Of a DNA stretch of 36,299 nucleotides, positions 1 to 8,118 are shown one piece after another. Source of the stretch: a virus (taxonomy: Duplodnaviria > Caudoviricetes); the IMG/VR virus record IMGVR_UViG_3300037634_000578, positions 1 to 36,299 of that record. One strand, given 5' to 3'. The translations under genes were made by a program, and so were the position numbers. Within the stretch, counting starts at the first letter, position 1, and every line of letters starts with the position of its first letter. The notes under the pieces were generated by a model. It ran no database searches, was not told the DNA's origin, and saw nothing but the letters and a program-made list of their open reading frames with translations.

Positions 1-2
1 AC

Positions 3-1190
3 CCTAAATCGGCAATCATTAAAGGAAATGTCCAAAGAGGTGGAGAAGACGCGACTCCTACAAAATTAAATCAATTCTCCGATCAGATTACAGATCTTTA
101 CGCAGGGGGATATACAGCGAAGACACAATGGCTAGAGCCAGCAGCTAACCCCACTGGACAAGGAACTGCTACCGAAAACTACACAGATGCGGGATCAGAC
201 GCTACTGGTAGGTGGATTAAAATGGTTGACGGAACCTATAACATGGCAGGAGGGGATGACGGAACAGGAACAGCGGCAACTAATAACACCGCTCTTATTG
301 GAGACGCTACTGTAACTCCTAAAACGGGGATGCAAGCCCTAGATGATGACGTTCTCAACATCGGTATTGCGTTAGTCCCAGGAGTGTACAACCAGAGTGT
401 GCAGAACAATCTAATCACTTTGGCTGAGAAAACTCAAAATTTCCTCGCTCTTATCTCTCCTCCTTACGGAATTGGAACTCCTCAAGATGCAATTGATTGG
501 ACCAACGGTAGATCAGCCTCTACTGCTGGGTCACGGACTGCTGCTGTTAATAGTTCCTACGCTGCGGTATACTACCCCCATGTTAAAGTCTTTAGTGTAT
601 TTGATTCTAAAGATAGGTGGTATGATCCCACGATTTATGCTGCTAGACAGATGGCATTCACAGACACGGTCGCTGACAGTTGGTTCGCTCCCGCAGGGTT
701 CCGCAGAGGTCGCTTAACTAAGCCTACGGAGGTTGAAGTTAAACTTAATCAAGGCGATAGAGATAGTCTCTATAGCGGAGGCAACGTTGTTAATCCCATA
801 GTAGCATTCCCTCAACGAGGTATTACTATCTTCGGACAACGAACTGCACAACGTAGTCCTACTGCCTTGGATAGAATTAACATTCGTCGCCTTATGATCT
901 ATATAAGAAAGGTAATCCTTGCTGCTACTCAACGGTTTGTCTTTGAACCAAATGATGCATTCACTTGGTCTCAGATTGAAGGTGTTCTTAACCCCTTCCT
1001 AGATGACATCCGCAGAAGAAGAGGGATCACCGAATTCCGTGTGGTGTGTGACGATACCGTTAACACTCCCATCAGAATTGATAGAAACGAAATGTGGACA
1101 AAGGTGCTTGTTAAGCCTACTAAGACTGCTGAGATCTTAGTCTTTGAGGTTAACCTTACAAATCAATCAGCAGACTTAGGAAAATTATAA
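3..1190 (+). CDS. Tail sheath protein (T4 gp18-like), 5'-partial
   Basis: The frame is open from position 3 (PKSAIIKGNVQRGG...) into the 222 ORF. Sheath C-terminal motifs: WFAPAGFRRG, RDSLYSGGNVVNPI, IFGQRT, DRINIRRL, FVFEPND, VVCDDTVNT, VKPTKTAE. Confidence 0.95.
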   Translation, partial: PKSAIIKGNVQRGGEDATPTKLNQFSDQITDLYAGGYTAKTQWLEPAANPTGQGTATENYTDAGSDATGRWIKMVDGTYNMAGGDDGTGTAATNNTALIGDATVTPKTGMQALDDDVLNIGIALVPGVYNQSVQNNLITLAEKTQNFLALISPPYGIGTPQDAIDWTNGRSASTAGSRTAAVNSSYAAVYYPHVKVFSVFDSKDRWYDPTIYAARQMAFTDTVADSWFAPAGFRRGRLTKPTEVEVKLNQGDRDSLYSGGNVVNPIVAFPQRGITIFGQRTAQRSPTALDRINIRRLMIYIRKVILAATQRFVFEPNDAFTWSQIEGVLNPFLDDIRRRRGITEFRVVCDDTVNTPIRIDRNEMWTKVLVKPTKTAEILVFEVNLTNQSADLGKL

Positions 1191-1201
1191 GGAGATAATA
1201 T

Positions 1202-1795
1202 ATGACATACTCATACTATAAGGAAGATTACAAAAGAACTATTACACCAGGACAGGGACTCCCTGTAGTTTCAACTGAACTTGATTCAGTAAGATCCTAT
1301 CAGTTTGAAATCCACTTTCATGGACTTCCAGACACGGTAACCAACACACGAGATCTTACTCTTGCTGCTACAAAAGTTAATGGAATTGGAATCAAATCCA
1401 CTTACCTCCCCATCGATAGGGTAAACGATAAGCTGTACTATCCTGGAAAGGTTCAAACAGAAGACCTTAAAGTTACATTCGATAACTTATACTTAAGAGA
1501 AACTTCCAGTGATCTTTGGAGATACTTCAAATCTATTTACGATCCTATTACGGGAGAAATGACTCAAGACTCTAGGCCAGGAGGAGCAAATCCTGGGTTT
1601 AAAGCGGAGAGAATGGAGATTGTTCAACTTGATAATACTATGACACCTCACTCAACCGTAGAGCTTATGGGCGTTTGGCCTATCCAATGGAAGGCAGCAG
1701 AATTTAACTATTCAACTAACGAGTTTCATAAACTAGAAGTAGATTTTAAATACGATTTCATTCACCAATATGACTACGCAAACCCACCTGCATAA
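1202..1795 (+). CDS. Tail tube protein (T4 gp19-like)
   Basis: Directly follows the sheath with RBS AAGGAG. Has tube-like features: YPGK, a beta-strand VTF, and GVWP...FNYS...EVDFKYD at the C-terminus. Size 197 aa. Confidence 0.88.
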   Translation: MTYSYYKEDYKRTITPGQGLPVVSTELDSVRSYQFEIHFHGLPDTVTNTRDLTLAATKVNGIGIKSTYLPIDRVNDKLYYPGKVQTEDLKVTFDNLYLRETSSDLWRYFKSIYDPITGEMTQDSRPGGANPGFKAERMEIVQLDNTMTPHSTVELMGVWPIQWKAAEFNYSTNEFHKLEVDFKYDFIHQYDYANPPA

Positions 1796-1815
1796 GTAGT
1801 TGATATATTGTTTAC

Positions 1816-1858
1816 AAGCCCAGTCTAGTTGTACTATATTAGACTGGGCTTCTTTCTC
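1816..1858 (+). terminator. Rho-independent terminator after tail tube gene
   Basis: 12-bp perfect stem AAGCCCAGTCTA (1816-1827) / TAGACTGGGCTT (1840-1851), followed by pyrimidine-rich CTTTCTCTC. Confidence 0.7.
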
Positions 1859-1863
1859 TCTGC

Positions 1864-1875
1864 CTATAATAATGT
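1864..1875 (+). promoter_or_regulatory. CTATAATA promoter-like -10 element, likely leaderless start of the 1876 ORF
   Basis: TATAAT at 1865-1870, 5 nt before ATG 1876, with no Shine-Dalgarno. The same motif recurs before other genes. Confidence 0.6.
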
Positions 1876-4440
1876 ATGGATTATTTTAATGAACTTCTAG
1901 CAAGCTACTCTCTTCTAAAGAAGAGGACATTTAAACTTAGGTATTTAACTGAGCAGGAAGAGGAGCAGGTTAATGCGAACGCACTAGAAGCAGCTAGATC
2001 CTTAGTAATGCATCCTCAAGGTGTTTCAACAGGAGCGGCTCCTCTCGATCAAAATGCTTTTAAAAGCACAAAGAAGAAAGTAACAGCCGAGCAGGTTCCT
2101 TTCGCTTATAAAAATGAAGATGGGGAGACCGTTGTTCTGTGGACTGGGTTCGGTAGAAACACTCGTGTAATGGTTCCCAATGGCAACTTTGATGAGATGC
2201 CTGAGCCTCAGAAAAGCCAGTTAATAGGGTACTTTTCCGATGGAGCGGCTGCTAATGCAGCAGGAGAGGCCCCAGATAGCCCAGAACGTTTTGCTCAGGC
2301 TGAGTTGGCAGGGACTAAGTTTGATTTAGGTGATATAAAGCAGCGGTTGCATAAGATTTACTTGCATTATGTAAAGTTTTGCGAGACAACTCTGCGAGAT
2401 AACTATCAAGATGATAACCCTAATGTTCCTATTCCTGATAGCAATGCCGAGGATATCGAAAGGAGTTGTTATAAAAGTGCATTTTCTAAAGTATACGGAA
2501 AGACTAGGGGAGGTTTAGCTGCGCTCTTAAGTGCTACCAAAATACAGCAGCAGTTTGTGGACCCTCAAAAAGAGGGAGATGATCCTTCGTTAGAAATTAC
2601 TTTAACTGAGGAGGCTGCTCCTGGTTTAGTTATAGATACATTAGCAACTATAGAGCGTTTATTCGATTTCGCTAATGATCCAGCTAAGTTCAAGAATGAC
2701 CCTGATATTTGTGATACATTTTCTAAATCAATAGCCTTAAGTACTGAGACAGTAAGCAATAGTGGGAAGAAGATCGGTAAGGGAGGAAATAAGAGAGTAG
2801 TATTTTATGGAGCCACAAGTGGGGAAGGAATAGTTATTCCTGCTCAATCTCCTGAGTTTAAAGAAGCTATGGCGAAGGCTGAGGCAAGGTGTAAAAATGA
2901 GCCTAAGTATTCAGCGGGATTATTTGACACTATAGATCTTAGAGAGGGAGGGACGGCAGGGCTCAACGCTAAAAAGGGTACTCTTCATGAAAGGCTTTCA
3001 GGTCTTATGGTGGCTATGCATAACCTAGTAGGGACAGGAACCAAAAAACAAAAGTCTGCTGTGCTACAGGCGTTCTTAGCAGAGTTACAAAAGGCGGGGG
3101 AGATTGCTAAGTACTTAAAGGAAGCTATCGTAGAGGATGATGTGAAGAGGGTTGCTAGTATAGATGAAGCGTTAGCTAACGACTTAGGATTAGAGGAAGA
3201 CGCTTTATTCCAAGCTCACGCAAAAGGAGATCCTCTTCTTCGAAAATTCTTGATTGATTATTACAAAGGCATGAAGCCCTTCCTCGATAAAGTCAACCCT
3301 GCTGCCTACGTCCACAACGGACTAGCCAGCACGACAGGAGGCAGGGCAGATCAGTTCATGGTGTTTAGGGACGCAGCCCACGCGAAGAAGGCTTCGAAGG
3401 CTATAAATACAAAGACTTATGCAGTAGACCGAGAAGAGTTTATAAATAATTCTGAAAATCCAGAGAAAACAAAGGCATCACTTGACGCTGCTGGGGTTAA
3501 AGCAAACAAGAAGGGGGAGATTCACATCATGGAGATGGGGCAGAAGCTTTACAGTCATGCTAAGACAGCAAAGGTGGGGGAGATTGGTAGGATTACTAGG
3601 CTGATGCAGTTAATGCTAGGTAAGCTTAACAAGCAGGAGCAAGAAAAGGATAAACATCTAGATGATGCGTTTATGGATGAAGTAGATAGACGATTCCCAC
3701 TCAAAGGTAAAGCTAAAGCAGCGATAAAAAAGCTGGATGAAGATTTACAAATCATTGAAACTTATATTAATGGAGATCAAAAGTGGACTGACGAACACGG
3801 TGTAGAGCATAGTATGGGCTCGCAAGCTGACGCTACTGTAAAACATATGATAGGATCGTTAGGATGGGATACTATATCTGATTCTGAAATAGGAGACCTT
3901 CTCAAAAATTGGAAGTTTCCTAAGGGAACTCACAGGGATAGGCAAAAACTTACTGTAGAACTTCATAGATTGAAGATGGCAAGTACCATGAAGGAGTTAT
4001 CGACAACAAAGGATGGTAAAAAAGCCTTGTGTCGGATGGCTTTTATTTGTGGAGGTAATGCTAGGGATTTAGTTCAAAGTATTTTTATTGAAAATGGAAG
4101 AAAACATTACGCAGTACGGCAGAATGAGATCTTCGACAAGTTTGAAGAAGCTATTACTAATAATCATTTAACGATAACAGTTAAAGGCTTTAGTATGACC
4201 ATTGATGACGGGAATGGTTTTGTAGGTTCCGTAAAGACTACAGGTGATGATGATTCGGAGAAAGTTATGAGAAATGTAAGAACTGAGTTTGATATTACAA
4301 AAAGTACTTTAGAGGTTGACCAAGTTGGAGGAGGTAAAAAAGGGGAAGACCCAGACGGGATCCCAGATAATCTCCACGCTCATACTCTTCATAAATTTAT
4401 GAAAGGACAGATGGAACTATTAGAAACTCTTCTTAATTAA
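1876..4440 (+). CDS. Large hypothetical protein (possible virion/internal head protein; possible PD-(D/E)xK-like region)
   Basis: 854-aa ORF next to tail genes. N-terminal KKRTFKLRYLTE; central KKGTLHE...RADQ...EMGQK. Function is inference only. Confidence 0.8.
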   Translation: MDYFNELLASYSLLKKRTFKLRYLTEQEEEQVNANALEAARSLVMHPQGVSTGAAPLDQNAFKSTKKKVTAEQVPFAYKNEDGETVVLWTGFGRNTRVMVPNGNFDEMPEPQKSQLIGYFSDGAAANAAGEAPDSPERFAQAELAGTKFDLGDIKQRLHKIYLHYVKFCETTLRDNYQDDNPNVPIPDSNAEDIERSCYKSAFSKVYGKTRGGLAALLSATKIQQQFVDPQKEGDDPSLEITLTEEAAPGLVIDTLATIERLFDFANDPAKFKNDPDICDTFSKSIALSTETVSNSGKKIGKGGNKRVVFYGATSGEGIVIPAQSPEFKEAMAKAEARCKNEPKYSAGLFDTIDLREGGTAGLNAKKGTLHERLSGLMVAMHNLVGTGTKKQKSAVLQAFLAELQKAGEIAKYLKEAIVEDDVKRVASIDEALANDLGLEEDALFQAHAKGDPLLRKFLIDYYKGMKPFLDKVNPAAYVHNGLASTTGGRADQFMVFRDAAHAKKASKAINTKTYAVDREEFINNSENPEKTKASLDAAGVKANKKGEIHIMEMGQKLYSHAKTAKVGEIGRITRLMQLMLGKLNKQEQEKDKHLDDAFMDEVDRRFPLKGKAKAAIKKLDEDLQIIETYINGDQKWTDEHGVEHSMGSQADATVKHMIGSLGWDTISDSEIGDLLKNWKFPKGTHRDRQKLTVELHRLKMASTMKELSTTKDGKKALCRMAFICGGNARDLVQSIFIENGRKHYAVRQNEIFDKFEEAITNNHLTITVKGFSMTIDDGNGFVGSVKTTGDDDSEKVMRNVRTEFDITKSTLEVDQVGGGKKGEDPDGIPDNLHAHTLHKFMKGQMELLETLLN

Positions 4441-4963
4441 GCCAGAACGAATCGTAATCTTTTAGTAAATCTTCAAACTTATATATTCTATAGACTCGTT
4501 TAGTACATGGAGGCTCTTCTTTACTTATTTCTATGTATTGTTGTAACTTATTTGTTGGTACATGGTTAGGGATAATGGCTAGTGTAGGTTGTCTATCTTG
4601 TTTAAAGATAACCATTGGAATTTTATCACACTTACCTGAATCTTTTTCACATTGTTCTAGAAAACCCCAGAAATCACTGCTATAATTATATAAGCTATAT
4701 AAGTTTTCCTTATTGTATCCTTTCTTGCATTCTATACAGTATTTAAAGTTCTCTGGTGTAATTAAGTCCCCATAAATTTTAAGGTGCTCTGGCAGAGTGT
4801 GGGTGGTAGCGAAGGCACCAGATCCAGGACTTCTCGAAAATTCTGAGGTGTTGAACCTATCATTGAGTGTCTGGCTGATCTTGCGTTCAAATGTGCTACC
4901 CTTAGTCCTACTGTTCACACGCTTTTTTTTCTTCAGCTTAGAAATATCGTAATTGTCTTCCAT
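4433..4963 (-). CDS. Holliday junction resolvase-like PD-(D/E)xK endonuclease (Hjc type)
   Basis: Motifs NSRTKGSTFERKI, RSPGSGA, GDLI, IECKKG and W..QC..D match Hjc-like phage resolvases. Confidence 0.85.
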   Translation of the reverse strand: MEDNYDISKLKKKKRVNSRTKGSTFERKISQTLNDRFNTSEFSRSPGSGAFATTHTLPEHLKIYGDLITPENFKYCIECKKGYNKENLYSLYNYSSDFWGFLEQCEKDSGKCDKIPMVIFKQDRQPTLAIIPNHVPTNKLQQYIEISKEEPPCTKRVYRIYKFEDLLKDYDSFWLN

Positions 4964-4978
4964 AATTTAACCTCTACA

Positions 4979-4987
4979 CTATAATAG
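4979..4987. promoter_or_regulatory. Near-palindromic CTATAATAG element between divergent genes (bidirectional promoter candidate)
   Basis: Lies in the 30-nt gap between 4963(-) and 4994(+). Reads TATAAT on + (8 nt before ATG) and TATTAT on -. Confidence 0.55.
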
Positions 4988-4993
4988 GATACC

Positions 4994-5401
4994 ATGACCC
5001 AGACTACGACTGAAGGGATCAAATTTGATTTTAATTCTTGGAAAATAAAGGTCCGAGAGAGGAGAAACGACAGAATGAGACTACAAATTAACTTAGATAA
5101 AGATGAGGCTCTTGCCTATAAAAATTTCGCTGAAGTGTGCAAGCCTGATGAGGTTACTGACTCAGACTTTATGAAGACAATCTTCTTAACGGGAGTAGAG
5201 TCTATGAATAAACAGCTTGCAGATATGGTCCGCAAGTATGCGGAAGAGAACCGAGAAGAGCTTGCGAGTTCAGGCATCACGGTCTTAGAAGGTGAAGATG
5301 GCAGGATCCAACTAGCAGAGACAGAAAAATTAGAAGCCGAACTTTCAGGTGCGCCTGTGACTGAAGAAGGCGTTAGGCAATTAGGTCTTAAAGATAAGTA
5401 G
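4994..5401 (+). CDS. Hypothetical protein, possible ribbon-helix-helix DNA-binding domain
   Basis: 135 aa. RMRLQINLDKDEALAYKNFAE...DSDFMKTIFLTGVE has a strand-helix-helix pattern. Confidence 0.65.
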   Translation: MTQTTTEGIKFDFNSWKIKVRERRNDRMRLQINLDKDEALAYKNFAEVCKPDEVTDSDFMKTIFLTGVESMNKQLADMVRKYAEENREELASSGITVLEGEDGRIQLAETEKLEAELSGAPVTEEGVRQLGLKDK

Positions 5402-5402
5402 T

Positions 5403-5729
5403 ATGTATAACTTAGTGTTTCTCCAAAAGGAGAACGATTTAAATAAGGTTCTTAGGAAGTTTAAACGAGATCCTAAGAGGTGCAGCATCCTGTTTGTGTC
5501 CTTGTGGGACAAGTGGTGTGAAAAACTCTTGTCCAAACTAAAGGAGAAATATACTGGGTCTGAAGGAGAGACTCTTTATATTGTTGATAGTTTAAATATG
5601 CCCCATAGCTTTGTTATCTATAACACAAATAAGACTCCTCACTTAATTCAACTTCGTAGAGACCAAACGTTCTCAGAGGATTACCTTCCCCATGTTTATA
5701 AAATGCTTAAACTTAATCAAGTTTCTTAG
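5403..5729 (+). CDS. Thioredoxin-fold protein with non-canonical active site (WDKWC)
   Basis: 108 aa. ILFVSLWDKWCEKL sits at the WCxxC position, followed by LYIVD and a cis-Pro-like KTPHLI segment. Confidence 0.65.
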   Translation: MYNLVFLQKENDLNKVLRKFKRDPKRCSILFVSLWDKWCEKLLSKLKEKYTGSEGETLYIVDSLNMPHSFVIYNTNKTPHLIQLRRDQTFSEDYLPHVYKMLKLNQVS

Positions 5730-6060
5730 ATTGCATCTCTATAAACTTTTCAATCTTTAGTTTATATTTTTTTTCTTTAGTATACAAGAGCTTGAGATTA
5801 TTAACTATGATTGTTGTAAAGTAATTAAAAGCAGTCCCCTTCTTAGGTGTGAAGTTTTTAATGATTTTTAAAATGAGTGCAAAGCAATCTTGCTTAGCAT
5901 CGTCAGGATCAATTTTAAAGTTGAAGGATCCGATGATATTAGTTATTAGAAGGTCGAACATTTTTACCAACTCATCCTCATTTTCTTTTGGATTTTCTTT
6001 ATAAGCTAAGAGGAGTGCCTCGAACTCCTTATTGTCTATATAATATTTTTTATTTCCCAT
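5713..6060 (-). CDS. Late-transcription sigma factor (T4 gp55-like, region 2 only)
   Basis: YYIDNKEF...FNF...DAKQDC...IKNFTPKKGTAFNYFTTII.N...KEKK parallels gp55 YVNNKE...FNF...NFD...AYIT...N...KE.K. Size 115 aa. Confidence 0.85.
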   Translation of the reverse strand: MGNKKYYIDNKEFEALLLAYKENPKENEDELVKMFDLLITNIIGSFNFKIDPDDAKQDCFALILKIIKNFTPKKGTAFNYFTTIIVNNLKLLYTKEKKYKLKIEKFIEMQSKKLD

Positions 6061-6073
6061 ATACTTATTATAG
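6060..6073. promoter_or_regulatory. Overlapping divergent -10 elements in a 13-nt gap (sigma factor / polymerase part 1)
   Basis: The - strand reads CTATAATAAGTAT-ATG (6-nt spacer). The + strand has TATACT (6060-6065) 8 nt before ATG 6074. Neither gene has an SD. Confidence 0.55.
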
Positions 6074-7096
6074 ATGTTTGATTTAGATAGTATCTATTCT
6101 GACCATAAAATTGAACCTGAAAATCCCTTATGTGATGGGTGTTCTATTTTAAGTAAGAATAAACCATGCCATTCGGTCATGGATTATAAAAGACTTGGAC
6201 AGTCTGATGTACTGTTCCTGTCTGATTCTCTTAAGAATTCTTATGGAAAAACATTTCCATTTACGAAGCCAGAGTTTGCTGTACTTAAGGAATCATATAA
6301 AGAGAACTTCGCTTGTGCTGCTTCAGTGAAGTGCCCTAGTGTTAAGGAAGCAGATATGTCTCCTGATAATATGAACTTATGTCGCGTTCATTTGCAGGCA
6401 ACAATTGATAAAATTAAACCTAAGCTGATTCTTCCTTGCGGCAACTTAGCTATGAAAATGCTAATTAAGAAGAGCGGCATTACAGATAAACGAGGTAAAT
6501 CTTTTGAGTATACAACTGACAGTGGGCATTCTAGTATCGTTGTTCCTATTTTTCACCCTTACTTTGTGGCTAAAGAGCCTAGACACAGGTTCCTCTTCGA
6601 AACGGATATCCGAAACGCGCATGAGAAATATGTACTTGGCAAAACGTACGAAGGAAAGCTCGAATACAAAGTCCTCACAGAAATCGAAGAGGTGGAAGTA
6701 CTGGGGAAGATGCTGAAGGATACTGATGAGACTTTAGCTGTTGATATTGAAACGACTGGCCTCAATTTCTTGACAGATAACATTCAGACTATTGCCTTCT
6801 CTTCTCATGAAACCAATTGGGTTATTCCCTTAGATCATAAGGACAGTCCCTTCAAGAAGGGGAGTTGTTTTTATAAGGGCGTTTGGAGTAACTTAAGAAA
6901 GATCCTAGAGAACCCGCGCAGCAAGAAAGTATTCCATAACGCTAAGTTTGATTTGAAGTTCCTAATCAATCATGGAATCTACACTAAGAATGTGTGGGAT
7001 ACTAAGATCATGCATCACCTTCTAGATGAGAACCTACCTAAGAGTTTGATGGATTTGGTTAAGCTTTACTTTCCGACTGAGCTTGAGAGTCTTTAA
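6074..7096 (+). CDS. polA: Split family A DNA polymerase, part 1: family 4 UDG-like (Fe-S) domain + 3'-5' exonuclease ExoI/ExoII
   Basis: UDG-4-like CDGC, VKCP, NLC, IKPKLILPCG and PIFHP. Exonuclease VDIETTGL (ExoI), FHNAKFD (ExoII), WDTKIMHHLLDEN. Ends before ExoIII. Confidence 0.88.
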   Translation: MFDLDSIYSDHKIEPENPLCDGCSILSKNKPCHSVMDYKRLGQSDVLFLSDSLKNSYGKTFPFTKPEFAVLKESYKENFACAASVKCPSVKEADMSPDNMNLCRVHLQATIDKIKPKLILPCGNLAMKMLIKKSGITDKRGKSFEYTTDSGHSSIVVPIFHPYFVAKEPRHRFLFETDIRNAHEKYVLGKTYEGKLEYKVLTEIEEVEVLGKMLKDTDETLAVDIETTGLNFLTDNIQTIAFSSHETNWVIPLDHKDSPFKKGSCFYKGVWSNLRKILENPRSKKVFHNAKFDLKFLINHGIYTKNVWDTKIMHHLLDENLPKSLMDLVKLYFPTELESL

Positions 7097-7604
7097 GTAA
7101 AGCTTCTAGTGCAAGAATCCTACTCTCGTTATGCTTCATAATTACATCTTGTTCATCGTCCCTTGCATCAATATCTGCTTGGGATACGGTGTTATGAATC
7201 TGTCCAAACTTCTTAAACCAGTTTCTACCATTCTTTCTGAAGAGTGGAAGGAATACGAAAAGGATTAACCACCAGTAACCTAATGTTTTAATGAGCCCAC
7301 CCGTCTCATGTAAAGTAGAAGCGGTGCTGCCCTGAACGGGTCCTGCGCCTGCTACCTGCCCTACGATTGCCGCAGGGCTTTGAGAGGGGAATATCATCTC
7401 TGTAACCATAACCCCTCCCGCTGCCCCTGCTGCAACGGCTGCTGGCTCAGGTATAAAGGCTGCAACTGCACCTCCTCCAACTGCACCTCCAATAGCGTGT
7501 TTGATTGTACTACAGCTAGTTATAAATAACATTAAGCTGATAAGAAGAAGTTTTTTCATTGGTCTCCCGATCTGGCTTCCGTATGTTCTTGGTCCTGTTG
7601 GCAT
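7059..7604 (-). CDS. Putative lipoprotein/membrane protein (lipobox, glycine zipper, C-proximal TM), inserted antisense in the polymerase locus
   Basis: RBS AAGGAGA lies 6 nt before ATG 7604. A second ATG at 7559 begins MKKLLLISLMLFITS-C. Contains GGAVGGGAVAA/AVAAGAAGG zipper and TM LGYWWLILFVFLPLF. Confidence 0.75.
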   Translation of the reverse strand: MPTGPRTYGSQIGRPMKKLLLISLMLFITSCSTIKHAIGGAVGGGAVAAFIPEPAAVAAGAAGGVMVTEMIFPSQSPAAIVGQVAGAGPVQGSTASTLHETGGLIKTLGYWWLILFVFLPLFRKNGRNWFKKFGQIHNTVSQADIDARDDEQDVIMKHNESRILALEALLKDSQAQSESKA

Positions 7605-7623
7605 AAAAATTCTCCTTCTACGT

Positions 7624-7636
7624 CTATAATATATAG
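7624..7636. promoter_or_regulatory. Bidirectional element CTATAATATATAG
   Basis: The + strand gives CTATAATA, with TATAAT 8 nt before ATG 7639. The - strand gives CTATATATTA upstream of the 7604 gene. Confidence 0.6.
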
Positions 7637-7638
7637 TA

Positions 7639-8118
7639 ATGCTTACCATAAACAATCCGAATACTTTTGATTGGTCCAGCATAAGTCTTTCCGATTGTGC
7701 GGAAGGAAATGCTATGGATACTTATTTTACCCTTAAGTTATTCGACCTAATCTGTGAGAAATTAGGGGACAGCCCTATGATGAAGCTCATTGAGCAGGTA
7801 ATCATGCCCTCCCTTGAAGTATTTTCAGAGATGGAATATGAAGGTCTTGACGTAGATTTAGATACCTTAACCAAAGTAGGCAGAACTTTAACCTCTAAGA
7901 ACATGGACGAGGAGGACCTTTTGTACTCATGTAAGGGGGTTCAGAAAACAGACAACCTCTCTTCCAATAATCATCTTATTGAGGTGCTTTATACACGGGA
8001 GGGAGGGATGGAATTATACCCTCCTGATAAGACCGCTAGTGGGAAGCCTTCTGTGTCTGCGCCCACACTTAAATTACTTTTAGAACACATAGATGAGGAG
8101 CTAAAGAAGCGTGAGTAA
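7639..8118 (+). CDS. polA: Split family A DNA polymerase, part 2: ExoIII region + thumb
   Basis: FDW...CAEGNAMDTYFTLKL (ExoIII position), VFSEMEYEGLDVD, NLSSNNHLIEVLY, KTASGKPSVS match the PolA exonuclease C-end and thumb. Confidence 0.88.
   Translation: MLTINNPNTFDWSSISLSDCAEGNAMDTYFTLKLFDLICEKLGDSPMMKLIEQVIMPSLEVFSEMEYEGLDVDLDTLTKVGRTLTSKNMDEEDLLYSCKGVQKTDNLSSNNHLIEVLYTREGGMELYPPDKTASGKPSVSAPTLKLLLEHIDEELKKRE

Noticed and set aside
222-224. ATG 222 as the sheath start
   Set aside because: The reading frame is open back to the window edge, so the gene starts upstream.
7097-7638. Group I intron, intein or homing endonuclease interrupting the polymerase
   Set aside because: No HNH, GIY-YIG or LAGLIDADG motif, no intein C/S...HN ends and no recognisable intron core by eye. 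The space is filled by a membrane-protein gene and part 2 has its own promoter-like motif. An Infernal search would be the definitive test.
7605-7682. Longer 207-aa start for the antisense gene (7682)
   Set aside because: It overlaps polymerase part 2 and the promoter element. The strong SD points to ATG 7604.
8102-8118. Programmed frameshift joining polymerase parts 2 and 3
   Set aside because: A TAA at 8102-8104 in the part 3 frame leaves a window of only about 14 nt with no classical slippery site. GAGGAG plus GTG explains independent initiation.
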